A DNA stretch of 64,000 nucleotides, from NCBI GenBank assembly GCA_004431415.1, contig QPMI01000232.1:42802-106801 (forward strand), in the 5' to 3' direction. The position numbers and the translations under genes were made by a program. Shown here in pieces: positions 1-12,086 of the stretch (position 1 is its first letter; every line of letters starts with the position of its first letter). Under the pieces are notes generated by a model. The model saw only the letters and a list, made by a program, of their open reading frames with translations. It was not told where the DNA came from and did no database searches. The DNA comes from Cyanophora paradoxa CCMP329 (taxonomy: Eukaryota > Plantae > Glaucophyta).

Positions 1-2302
1 ACCCCAAATCTTTGTTGACCAGCCGCGGCCGGAAGCCGGCGTGAGCGCCGGGGGCGCTGTGCTCGCAGTAGTAGTATCGGAGAGCCCACCCCAGCACTTT
101 GAGCGCCTGGCCGGGCGATTTCGGGCCACTCGGGGTCGGTTCCCGTCCCGGGCCGCCCCGTGAACCCTTTTTCGAGCCAGCAGCGTCTGGAACAACTAGT
201 GAGGGTCTAAAAAGAGTGGTCCCTCGTTAAGAACGCCCGCCCGCGCCGCCCGCGGCCCTTGACCCGCTCCGCCTCGTCAGCAGAGACCGCGCCTTCGTCG
301 GGCTACAGGGCGGTGCCGGAGCATCGTCAACCGTCCAAGGATGCCATCTACCGCTCTCGGAACGCGGAGAAGGGCGCCGACGCCACGTATTCCACACAAG
401 ATCAACGAGAGCTCGCTCGGGCACGCGGGAGATTCAAGCTTCCTCCTTTGACTCCGCAGAACGAGGGGCGAACGCCCAAGACTAGGCACCTGGTATGCCC
501 TTCTTTCGTTCTGTGCTATCCGCGCCCGCCGCGCACCGGCGTCGCCCGCCGCGCCGCGGATCTTCTGACCGACCCCCCACGCGTCGCAGCTAGCGCGGTC
601 CAACCGCCGAGCTCCGGCGCCGCGGTGGCGGCTCCCGGTCACGCCGGTGCGCATCCCTCGCCGGTCGCTTCGTCTCAGACGCATCCGCGCTGACTTTCCG
701 ACCGTCTAGAACTGCCGGTGAAGCTGGCTTATCGTCCAGGAAGCTCAGGATCGACCGCCGAGAACGAGGTGAGGGCCCCGCGCTTGCCCGCCACCGCGCC
801 CGCCCGCCACCGCGCTGCTGAACGGTTTCCGCGCAGCAAAAGGAGCCGAAAAGGAGCTTTCGTTCTCGATAGAAGCACCTGAGCGCCGGCAGCAGCAACC
901 GGAGCAGCGAGCGCTCTTGGAGATCGGTGCGCCTGCCTGCGCCGCGCGCGCACGCCCGCCCGCCCAGTGCGCCCGCTGATGTCGCCACCCGCGGCTCTCG
1001 CGCAGAGCGATGAGGCTCCGCGCGGCGTAGGCGGCAGCAGCCGGCGGCGGGATTCGAGAGGGGCAGCTAGACTGCACCACCACCTTAGCGGGGCTGCATC
1101 CCCCCCCTCCTCTGCGGCCCTCCCGGGCTGCGGCCCCCTCCGCCCCGCCTTCTCTCTCTGTTCAGCGCTCTGTCGGTAGAGCGCCAGTAGCTCGCCAGCG
1201 TCCTGAGATCTTGATAATGAGATCGTGATTCTCGAGAAACCTGCCCCGCCTGCGCCGTCTGGGCCAGCGAGCGCTCTGTTAAGCATGCAGAATGCTGTAA
1301 ATGCATATATATGATCTATATCTCGCTTCCCGCGCAGGTGCCCCCACCCCAAGCCTTCTGGAGGAGCAGGCGATCTCCGCTGCGGATGCACCCCCGGGGG
1401 CCGCGCTCCAGCTGCGCATGCTCTTCTAAATTGTGCATCGATCTGCGTTAGCGTCGGCCCGGCGGCCCTCGCAGTAAGCAGCGAAATCGAATCTCCCAGG
1501 TGCCACCCCCCCACTGGAGCAGGTGCCGCTGGCGGCGGGGGTGCGTGCCGCCGCCCGTACGCGAGCTCTGCGCGTGCTCTAGATGTCCCTCATGGCCCTA
1601 GACATCTCAGCCCGCACCGCCCCGCCGTCGCAGCCATGCCATCTGGAAACGCATGACATGCTTGATTGCACACGAGCGCGCATCTGCCTGAGGCGCGGCA
1701 GGACACGCAGGCGGGGCGTTCGCGGGCCTAAGCGATGCGGGCCAGCGGTGAGCGGCCTCCGCGACGGCGAAAGATGCCTCGGCGGCGCAGGGCCTGCGAG
1801 CGGCGGGTCGGTCAGGGCGCGGAGTGTGCGAGGGGGGCCGCGCAGGGCTTCACCACGCACTCATTAGTGATGGCTGCACTAGCTATGAGCGGCAGGATCG
1901 ATACGAGGCTCGCGGCGGGCGGCCGGCCGGCCCCGCGGGCGGCCGAAGGTGCTCGTCGCCTGCCGACGGTCCGAAGCTCACACGGCTCGCCCGGGGACGC
2001 GGCAAGGTGCGATCCCGACCTTATCTAACACGCTGAGAACGTTGGTTGCGCTTGCGAGCGACCTGGCTCCGCGGAAGTCGCAAGACGGTGCACGCGAGAT
2101 GGGTCGCGCGCCGGGAGCTAGCGCAAAGCCGTCACAGGTGCTGCCACCATGCTACCGGGGGCTAGGAGCGCGTCGGCGGGCCGCGCAGAGCGCTGCTGTC
2201 GGGGAGAGGCGGACCTCAGGCGGTGCTTGTGTATCACAAGCCGGCTAGTTGCAACGTTTTTAGCAGAGAATTTTTTTCCGGCCCGGCGGCGAGCAGTGAG
2301 CG

Positions 2303-2544
2303 TTTTTTTTTTTGAGAGACTACGGTGGGGCGAACCCCCCGTAGGTAGTGATATTAAAGACAACAATACAGTAAACTAGCACAAAATATATACAGAATCA
2401 AGAGGGATCACGAGAAGGGACACGATCAGAAGAACGCAAAAGATAAGGAGAACGAGCACGAGGAGAAGGAGTAGAAGAACTCAAGGGCGTCGACGCAGAA
2501 TTACTAGTCACACTAGAACGACGAGGAGCACGGGGACGCAGCAA
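2303..2544 (-). mobile_element. Short poly(A)-tailed retroposon (SINE or 5'-truncated LINE 3' end) with target-site duplication
   Basis: T10 at 2303-2312 is the minus-strand poly(A). Just upstream on the minus strand is the stem-loop CTACGG-GGGG-TTCG-CCCC-A-CCGTAG. AGTGAGCGTT occurs at both 2295-2304 and 2545-2554 (TSD). Base composition differs sharply from the flanks. Confidence 0.75.
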
Positions 2545-3059
2545 AGTGAGCGTTAGCGCCAGCTAGAATTAATATTAAAGCTCTAGAAATATATTGAAGA
2601 GCGAATATTTGGTCGGAATCCAGGCCAATCCAGTCGGAATTAAAGCGGAGATCTAGACTGGGAAGTGCACGTGCACGTGCATTTTAGATCAGCCGAGATG
2701 AAAAGCATTTTTGATCTCCCGCCAGAACGTTAACCTCGCCGCGCGAAAGTTGGTCTCGGAGGTCGCTGCGCCTCGCGATCGGCCCCCTCTTCAGCCCTCG
2801 ACAGCGCAAGGCCCTCTCCGCCGAACTGCCCTTCCCGGGACTCGCCGGCCGGAAGCACTGCTAGCTAGCGGAGCTAGCCGCGAAACTGGCCTTTTCCTTG
2901 TCGCCTTTGTATGACCAAACATCATTCCGCGAGAGACTGAGCATAGATTGGCATTCAGAGGCGTTCTCGAGGGGAGCTCAGAGTCTAGCTCGTGTTAAAC
3001 GCTTCGAATTCGGTATCTCGCCAATCGCGCCTCCTATTTTAATTCGAACAGACGAGTGC

Positions 3060-3700
3060 CGAATCTACCCGGTGCAAAACTCTTACAGGCTAGCGCTGCG
3101 AAAGCGGCGTAATTCGCTGGAGTGTGAAAATTCATATGATTACAATCGCGGGAAAATCAAAGTGAATGCCGTTGCCGTTCACGTTGGACCGCGAAACCGA
3201 TCGGTCGACTATCTAGCCGAAGATGCTTGCTATTTGTAGACTGAACCTGTTTCGCCAAGCCTGCCTCAGCCTTATTTAAGCTTGATTTAAATCAGGCTGA
3301 AGCAGGCTCCGGCGAACCCCCTTTTACTAATTCGGGAACTTCAGAACCCGGCAGTTATTTCGAATTCGAGTCCCCTCCTAGGCTAGCTTTCACTAGCTCG
3401 ACTTCTAGCCAAAGTTAAAGAACTATAAAGTCTCTGCCGCCGACCGGCCTTTCACAACTCGTTTTCTCCTCGAATCGACCCGGTGCAAAATTCTTACATG
3501 CTGCGAAAGCGGTGCTGCGGCTGGTGCGACCTCTATACTATGATAGCGATGTGAAAGCAGAAAGCGCTGCGGCGCGCGGAGCTACCCTGGCTAGTACTTT
3601 TGCCTCCCAGTCCACATCCAGTGCGAAAATTCGTAATTTACATAGCGGGAAAGGTGAATATTAATAAATGCCGTTGCGGTTGTGGACCGAGAAACGAATG
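3060..3700. repeat. Diverged direct repeat pair flanking an imperfect hairpin
   Basis: GAATC.ACCCGGTGCAAAA.TCTTACA...GCTGCGAAAGCGG and GTG.GAAAATTC...GCGGGAAA...AATGCCGTTGC...TGGACCG.GAAAC occur at ~3060-3200 and again at ~3471-3697. Imperfect ~30-bp-arm inverted repeat at ~3251-3316. Confidence 0.6.
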
Positions 3701-3770
3701 CCGCGGGCCATATTTATAGCCTATAGCTCTAAGCTCGAGGTACGTGCTGCGAATTGCTGCCGGGGCCGTA

Positions 3771-6700
3771 CTAGCGAACGGGGCGGACGGGGGACCCGGG
3801 AACACCAGGAGGCAGATACGGCCGCGTGGGGCGGGGCGACGCAGGGCCCGCGGCCACGCCCGCATTCTGCGGCGGGGCGCCTCGAGGGGCGGATCCGGAT
3901 CCGGGGGGGCTGGAAGGGGAATTCGAAGCGGCTGCGGCCGCGTTTGCAGGCCGCGGAGGGGTTAACGTTGACGGGAGCAGAGGAGCCGTCGCTGTCCGCG
4001 ACGTCGACGCGTCGAGGAGCGAGGGATGTGCATACGCATGGGCGGGCACGATACCGACGGCGGCTGAACTGGTACTCGAAAGATCGGAATTTGAGGCGAT
4101 CGCGAGGGAATTCGAAGCCGGGGGGAACCAGGCGCGGGACTTGACGGTGGCGGCAGAGGGGCCGCGGCCGGCGCCAGCAGCCCAGGCAGCGCCAATATCG
4201 TTGCCGGCAGCGTCATGCATATGGTAATGCCCAGCTGCAGGCTTGGATTCGGTATCCAGAGATTCTGATCTGGAGGGAACAGCTGCAGCATGCATATGCG
4301 CAGCGGATCCGGGACTGCAGGCTGGTGTTGTGTGTTCGAGATTATCGCTGCAGCTCCGCGATGCTGCAGTAACATGCACGTGGGCAAACCTGCGCATACG
4401 TGGAACGCGTACGCCCGGCGATCATGAAAAGGGCATCCGGCATTGGACCAGAGGCTGGGAATTCGCACCAGCACCGGTCGCCGAACCTGCAGTACCCGTT
4501 CGCGAAGCTCGTGCATGGTCGGCGAGATACCCCCGGCTTGCCGTTGCCGTTGTTGGTGGGACCATGGCCGGCTGCAGTGCGCGAAACGGGAGTCGACGTC
4601 GACGTACGCGTCAACTCCCTTGCAACGACGACGTTGACGTTGACTTCTGGTGCGGATCCGGATGTAGAGTGCCTGTACCTGCGCCAAAGGCGGTCATTAA
4701 TACTGCCATTGAATAATTTAGATCCCGAGAAAAATATAGATCTATATAGCTAATATATAATACGCACCGACAGTGGACCCCGAAGCGGCATGCACCCGAC
4801 GCGAAGAAGCGACAGAGCGGAGCGGCTACCGCCTCGCGAGACTCATTTTCGATTGCTTTGCGATCTCGCGGCTGCTGCAGGCTTAAGCTTGCGGGCCCGT
4901 GGCCATGGCGAGCATCGATATCGCTCGCCGAAACCGTCGCAGCTGCAGCGGTTGCACCCGCCTCCTCTTGCGATTGAAGCAGCCGCAGCCGTTGGGCCTC
5001 CTCCTCGAGTCGCATCCGCTCCTTCCGCCCCTCCTCCTCCCGCAGCCGCCGTTGGGCCTCCTCGATTGCGAGCCGCTGCCGCTCTTCCTCCTCCCGCCGC
5101 TGCCGCTCCGCCTCCTCCGCCGCCTGCAGCTGCAGCTGCGCCGCCACCGCCTCCTCGCGGCGCCTCTCCTCCTCGCGACCGCGCTCCTCCTGCGCCCTTC
5201 GCTCCTCCTCTTCTCGCTCAAGCTCCAGCTGCCGTCTCCGCTGCTTTTCCTCCCGCCTCCGCTGCGCCTGCAGCTGCCGCCGCTCCTCCGCCTCCCGCCG
5301 CGCCGCCTCCTCCGCCTTCAGCTCGGCCTCTCTGTGGTGGCGGAGCTCGGTTTCCGCCCGCTCTCGCTCGAGCTGAACCCTGCGAGGGGCTTAGATCACG
5401 TTCGCGACATGTACACCAACGTTGACAAGCTTTTTTTTTAAGCGCACTTTGCAAGTAAAACGAGCTCAGCAGAGCCGGCGGTCAGGCGTGAAACGGCGAG
5501 CGAGAGCTCCCGCTCCACGACCTCCGCCTCCTTCAAGGCTGCCTCAAACTGGCCCGCGCCCATCTTGCATTCTGGGAAGAGTTTAGAAGCGCGCTGCAAT
5601 ACTTCCGCATGCATATAGCAATATTATTTAATTTGGAGAGGGGGCGAAGGCCTAGGGCGCACGGATGCGGAGCAGGCGCGCCTCTGAGTTGCCAGGAGAT
5701 CGCTGCGCGTACGATGGGCCGCCGGGGTCAGACGGGGCGCACGGGGATAAAAGCTAGATTGGTTCTGGGCCGCGGAGTTGCAGTGAAATCGCTAGCAGTG
5801 AAATCGCTATCAATATTTATAGATCTAGAATTCGAAGTGCACCTTGAGCAGAGCGTCGAGCAGCGTGCGGGCGCGGGCCCAGTCGGCCTCTTGAACGTGC
5901 TTCAGGGCGGCTGCCTGATCATGATCAAGCGCCGGCGTTATTTCACGTCGACGTCGCAATAAACTAGTTCATATTTAATATATTTAATTAGTTTTCGCGC
6001 CTGGTCCGCCGCGTCGCGCTCTGCCCGCTCTGCGAGCTCGGCCTGCTGACGCGCCTGCTGGCGTTCCGCCTCCGCCCGCTTCCGCTCTTCCAGAGATCGA
6101 CGCCGCTCCTCCAGCTTCGCAGACTTGCCGGCAACCTTTAGCAAACGTTGACGCATGACCTTTTTTGCTTTAGCGATGAAACCGGCATGCATATGCGCAC
6201 TCTCTCTGCGCCGCTGCGGGCTGCATCCGTCCCCTTCGAGTTGTCCTTCAGAAATTTCAGGAGCTGCAGCTGCCCTTCGAGCGCCCGCTTCCGCTCGGCC
6301 AGGTTGATCAGATCCGTGTCCGTCGCGCGGAGCTCCTCCATCCCCTGCCACCCGACTCAAAGAATGCGAAAATGTAAGGAAAGTATTGCTCTTATATGAT
6401 TAATACATATAGAACCGGCCCCCGGCCGATAAAGAGTAAGAATTAAGCACTTGAACGAGCTCGGCCAAGGTTGACGTGTCCACAATTTTGTCGGGGCCCA
6501 AGCAAGAGGGCACCCTCCCCGCGTGCGCAATAAAGGCGGCGCATTTCTGCTCGGCGCAGAGCAACGTTAACTTGAGAATTAATATTCGCATCGAAGAAAT
6601 GATCATGAAGGCTTCGACATCGACGCTTCGAAAATTCGGTACCTTCGAGAAGAATTGATACTCGTCGGCGAGGGCAGAGATGGCGCCGGTGGTCTCGCTC

Positions 6701-9336
6701 GCGTGCCGCATCGAATCCTTCGCCATTCGATTCAACAGTGCGCTCAACATGGCCTCCAGGGCCTTCTCCGTGAAGCTGTGGGCCGGTCCGAACAAGTCTC
6801 CAGCGAGGTGAAGAGCGCGCTGCGGCCGGTCAGCTTCGACGTCGACCCGGCGCAGCTATTAAATTAAAGGGCGAGTGCGGAGCTCGATCCCCGGCCCGCG
6901 GGACCGTGCACGCACGCGGAGGGAGGACGTGGCCCCCTCGAAGTTCTTCCTGACGAACTGCACGGTGCCGAGGTGGTAGAGGACGGTCGCCAGGTCCGCG
7001 CCTTCCCCCACGGTCCGCTCGGTCTCGGCCAGCGCACGCTGCGCCGCCACTATTAATATAAATATAAGAGCAACTACCCATCGAAATGAATATCACAGCT
7101 GGAATCGTTATTGAATTTCGCGATCGGTAATAATCGATTTCGGAACGCGCCTGTAAAAGAGACTCGCTTCTGAGCACGTCCGCGCTTGAGCTCAAGAGCT
7201 CTTTATCTCCAGATACGGAACTGGGCACAACAGCTGCGACCCCCAGCCGATACAAAGCCAGCCCGAGAGCGTTGCCGATCTTCTTGCACGGCTCGCATGC
7301 TTGCTCCGCGATCTCCAGGTTCAGCTGCGCATATGCATACACGCAATCTCTAGGTTAGTCTGAAACGGACCGGTACTGCATATATAACAGATTATATTTG
7401 CGAAATCGAAAGCGCTTCACCTCCAGAACTCGTTCCGCGTCTCCAGCACGGGCTGCGTCCTTGTACAGGTCCGAGAGAGCGATAAGGATGTCTGCCAACA
7501 AGCAGCAACGGGAGACGAATGGCTGGTCTTGGTATTCTGGGATCCCGGAATGGGCCAGACGGTCGGACTTTGCTGCTGTCTGCGCGATTGCAAGTACGTG
7601 TACATTTACGCAAATTCATATAACGAGCAGACGCTTATAATTATAGTCAAGGACATATATATAATATGCGGAAATGAAATTAAAGCCAAAGAAGGTGCTC
7701 ACCCGGGCGTATTTCCAGGCCCCGTCCGGTTCCTTCAGCTCGACCGCAGCGATAGCAAGCATCCAAAGCGTCGTGGCGATCTCGTGGCTCAGCGCTCGGG
7801 CGTTGCCAAGGCAGCTGCGCATGCAGATGCAATCGACTTTGTTATTGACACGCGTGTCGAAAATTCGCAGTGTGGCCTGCAGAACTGGTTAGCGCTTGAG
7901 TGTCTATATCTATAGCGACTTTCTGCGACTTTCTATACATAAAATCAAAGTGTCTATAGTGTTTAAGTGTCTATATAAAGCAGTAAAGCGACCGACTTTC
8001 TGCGAATCTCTGCAAAACGCGCACAGTGAGGGCCCCTTTGGCGCTCGCGTAGTCGCCGGCGTTGATGCAGACGACCGCGAACCCGCGCGCGTGCTCCGCG
8101 AGGTCCCTCGGGCAGGCGGCGCCCAGGAGCTCGTCCCGCCGCGCGTCGTCCAGCAGGCGGGGCGCGAGGAAGCGCTGCGCATGCGCAAATCAAACGCAGA
8201 AAATATGAAGAATTCGAACGCCAGCTCATGATCATGCGCGATCGGATGATGAAAGTTGATCGCTCAACCTCTAGATCTAATGGAATTTATTTTAGTAAGG
8301 GCGAGCACCTTGTAGAGGTCCAGAGTTTCGGCGTCGGTACCAATTTCGCGGTAGAGACGGGCGAGCCGGAGGGCGTACGCGGCCGATGCCACGCTCTGTT
8401 CGCCCCGATCGGCAATGCATTTTTCCAGATCGGTCTGCGGGCGCGCGCGCGCGGGCATCACTGAACATGATCATGGTGATCATGTTCAACAAGCAAAGCT
8501 TAAAAACCGCACGCGCAAATATTAAACGCGAGACAATATATACAAGCTAGCGTTGGAGAGCGGCCGCCTGCGCACCAGCCAGTCAGACCTGCAGGCCTTC
8601 AATTGTGCGCTCCCTTCGTCGGGCGGCGCCATCGCTTCCAGGTGGTGCACGAAGTCAGAGCAAAATCCAGCCGCGACGCTCGCTCTCGGCGAGCGCGCTT
8701 CCTCGCACTGATGACACGTGCACCGGTACTTGCACGCCCACGGCCGAGCATTGGGTCTGTAAATGTGCCGCGAATTTCGAATTTCAAACAGGCGCGAAAA
8801 GCCGCACCGCGGTAAGCCAAAACGGTCGAACCTGATGCATTCAGCGCATGGGCATGCGAGATTTAGACGCTCATTTGGTCCCGACCCCTGCATGCAGCGT
8901 TCGAGTCGTTCGGCCTTAGCGTTTGCAATTGGAATCATTATCACGACCAGCCATACGAACCTCTCTAGATCTCGTCGATTCTTCCAGACTTGCGTCGTCC
9001 TCGATCGCGAGCTCGCGATTGTGACGCGATTTCGAAAACGGCGACGATGACGCCGCGCGCGTGGAAGCGCGAAATCCCGCACCCTGCATTGATATCGCAA
9101 ATTCTACGGTCAACCTTTTTCGCGTGGCCTCGCACGCTGCTGCCCCGCACCTCAAGCTCGGCTCGCCCCGTCAAATCTCCGCAGCAGGCGCGCGCCAGCG
9201 CTTCTGTGTGGGCGAGTGCCGCTTCGGAATGTGCGCCGCTTGCTGTCGTAGAAATGGGCAAGCGATGCATATGCTGCATGAGGAATGGGCGCGCGCGCTG
9301 CTGCAGCTGCGCATCGATATCCTCGAGCTCATGCAT
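3771..9336 (-). CDS. Multi-exon TPR + charged coiled-coil + two CCCH zinc-finger protein (5' end uncertain)
   Basis: TPR-like helices (LATVLYHLGTVQFVRKNFEGA; IATTLWMLAIAAVELKEPDGAWKYA; AYALRLARLYREIG). E/R-rich helix at ~4970-5390. Two intron-split C-x7-C-x5-C-x3-H fingers: LCRFFASGACRFGVHCR|YRH and PCTSFANGYCRFGDRCW|FAH. Pro/Ser-rich tail, stop at 3771. Confidence 0.7.
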
Positions 9337-9656
9337 GCGCCGGGGAGCTCGCTTTCTCCTGCATGCATACGCATATATACATGTCCTCTAGCTCGCGATC
9401 GAGCTCCTGCAGCTGCAGCGCTAGCTGGGCATATTTATGTAATGTACAGGCCCTCATGATCAAATATATAGGGGAGGAAAACGTATATATATATAGGCCT
9501 AGGGCACCAATTGCTTATCAAATTTAAATGAGGAGGAAAACAACCAAGGCTGAGCCTCGGATCGGAGGGGAGGAAAACAACGTACCAAGGCTAGGAAACC
9601 ACCGCCGTTTCTATAACCGCCACCGCCGATCGCGACCGGAGCTCGAGCTAGCCCAA

Positions 9657-10661
9657 ATGGTGTCGGTGGGTTTCGGCCGCGGGCCTGCAAATTTCGCGCA
9701 AATTTCGCGCAAGAGATCATGATCATCCACGCAAATTTCGCGCCAGAGATATCGATTGCACCCAGCGGCTGCGCAAAAGTCGCGCGGGAGAGCGCGCGAG
9801 CTGCCGATCGCGAGCTCGCTCTTATTGCTTTGCGCAGGACTACATTCTGCTTGACGTCCGCGGGCGCGAGTTCAAGACGACGCGAGCCACTCTCTTGTCG
9901 AGCCCCGGCGCCACATTCTTCACCGCGCTTCTCGGAGCAAGGTGCGCCGATCATTCACGATATCGATCGCGAGGCCACCGCAGGCGCGTTTCACGGGTCC
10001 GTTTTCCGCGCCTCACCTTTAATTTTCGCGGCTTTCGCAGGATCCCCAGCGCTCGGACGGGGGAGGGCGCTTACGTCGTCGACCGCGACCCGGGCGCCTT
10101 CGCGGCGATCCTCGGCTATCTCTCTAACGGCGTCCTCGCCGTCCCGAGCGACCCGACGGAGCTGCGCGTCCTCCTCGCCGAGGCAGACTACTTCGGCGTC
10201 TCGTTAAAGAAAGGCGCGCATTCAAATTCTGGCACTGCGGCAGCGCTGTTTGAGCTCCAAAAAATTTAAACAGCGTTAAATATCCCTGATATTGATTTCG
10301 ATCATGTCCGACAGAGCTATTACGCTGCAAGACTTGCGAGGTCGTGTACCAGAAGCGCGACGACGACCCCCTGGCTTCGTTCGCCTGCGGACACCACCCG
10401 GGAAAGTTCGCGATGGGCGAGGTGGTGGACGTGAAGGAGGATGTGCAGAAAACCGAATGCCCCTGGCACGGCGACATAAAAAACCTTGCAATTGTACGCC
10501 CGGCCTGCAACTGCTGCTGCAAGGTTGCAGACACACCAGTCGTCAAGAACAAGACGCGCACGGTCCGGCAGGTCGCGCAGTGGACGTGCTGCAAGGACCT
10601 GCGCCCCGACGCCCCCGTCTGCGTGAGGACCGCCCACGCCGGCGTGCCCCTCGCTCATTGA
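9657..10661 (+). CDS. KCTD/T1-type BTB-POZ protein with Cys/His-rich C-terminus
   Basis: Spliced: YILLDVRGREFKTTRATLLSSPGATFFTALLG|...YVVDRDPGAFAAILGYLSNG...LLAEADYFGV, a classic KCTD BTB. Last exon CGHHPGKF...QWTCCKDLRPDAPVC...H, stop at 10661. Start codon approximate. Confidence 0.8.
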
Positions 10662-11116
10662 GAATTTCGCAAGACGTCGACGCGGCGCAGCTCGTTTAGT
10701 TATATATAAGGGCTTGCAATTGCGGAGGCTAGTGCGGGTTCCCGGCATGAAGGAGGCGGTCATGGGTTCGATATCGATGGACTCGCGATCGTGGGGGCCG
10801 CCAGGCTGGCATGGGGGGCCTAGGGCATGGGGAGAGGGGGTGCTTAAAAACTGGCGTCCTTCCCTAATAAACACATTTAAACTGGGCACAACGCCAAGGA
10901 AGACACAGGTACATTCGAAGCGAAAAGAGTCACACAGGGTCAAAGAACATGGTCACAGGGACACGTTCTGAAAGGGGAGTGGATTCGATGATCGGACGCA
11001 AGGCATGCATACGGCGGGTGTGAGGGCCGGGGATGGCCAAGATGCCAGGGAGGAGGCAAGGGCTGGGCCGGGCCAGGGGGGCAGTGAAGGAGGGGCCGGG
11101 CCAGGCTGCATGGCGG

Positions 11117-11868
11117 CTATGTCACCGGGAGACCGGCATCGCTGGCTTCGCGGCCGCTGCCGCCCCCGTCTTCGCTGCCGGGGCCGCGGCCGCCGGCGCG
11201 GGCGCAGCGGCGGCTGGCCTCGCAAGCGGAGCCGCTGGCTTCGCTGATGCTGCTGCTGCTGCTGCCGCCGCCGCCGGGGCGGTCGCGGGCGCCTGGGCCG
11301 CGCCTCCGCTCGCCTCCTCCTCTTCCTCGCTCTCGTCCTCGCTGTCGTCCTCCTCGTCCTCGTCCTCCTCGTCCTGGATGGAAACCGGGATCAGCAGAAG
11401 AAGCTTTGACAGCGTCTGGAAGCGAGCGCGAGGCGCGCCTCATCTTCTTCGTCGTCGTCCTCGTCCTCGAGAGTGAGGCCCGCCAGCGCCGCCGCCTCCT
11501 CCTCTTTCCTCCGCTCCTCCGCAACTGGCCGCCACGCTCAGCAACGAGCGCGCGGGGACGAAGGCGCGCCGCACAGCGGCGCACGGGTCTTCATCTCCTT
11601 CAGGAGCGGAACGTACTGCTTCACGAGCGCGTTGTTCGGCTCCGCTTGAAGGACTGCGCCCGATGGGATCAGCGGCCTGAGGGACGGCCATGCGCGGCGG
11701 GCGAGCGGCCGAGGCGCGCACTCTGGTCGGAGAGCGCAAGTGCCTCATCGTAGCTCTTGCTCTGCACGGCGGCGAGGAACTGCGGCGCGGAGTCGACGGG
11801 GCGAGGCGCTGAGGGCGGGGCGGATGAGCGCCGCGGCACACCGCCAGCAGCGGCGCAGTCTTCGACAT
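11117..11868 (-). CDS. Small acidic protein, ERICH2 (glutamate-rich protein 2)-like
   Basis: Spliced MSKTAPLLA|FLAAVQSKSYDEALALSDQ|xLQAEPNNALVKQYVPLLKEM, then D/E tracts and an Ala/Pro tail. Resembles the ERICH2 core as recalled (FL.A....Y..A..L...IL..EP.N). Confidence 0.55.
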
Positions 11869-12086
11869 GGCTGCTCGGTGGGGAGCCGCAAAGCGCTCCG
11901 CGCGCCTCCGGAAGGCAGCGGGATGACAGCGCGCGTTTCGAACTAGCTGATCCTCCCGGACGCACGCGCGAGCTCCCAGAGACTTCCCGTGCCCTAGCTA
12001 ACCACGACGAGGCCTCTGGTGGAAAGCTACGGGGTTCTCTCGCGCGGCGCGGAAATCTCTCCCTGGCCGGAGTTGAATCGGGGAAA

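Noticed and set aside
1-2230. Gene, ncRNA or transposon in the first 2.2 kb
   Set aside because: Some splice-like signals and small hairpins, but no consistent frame or recognisable motif; left unresolved.
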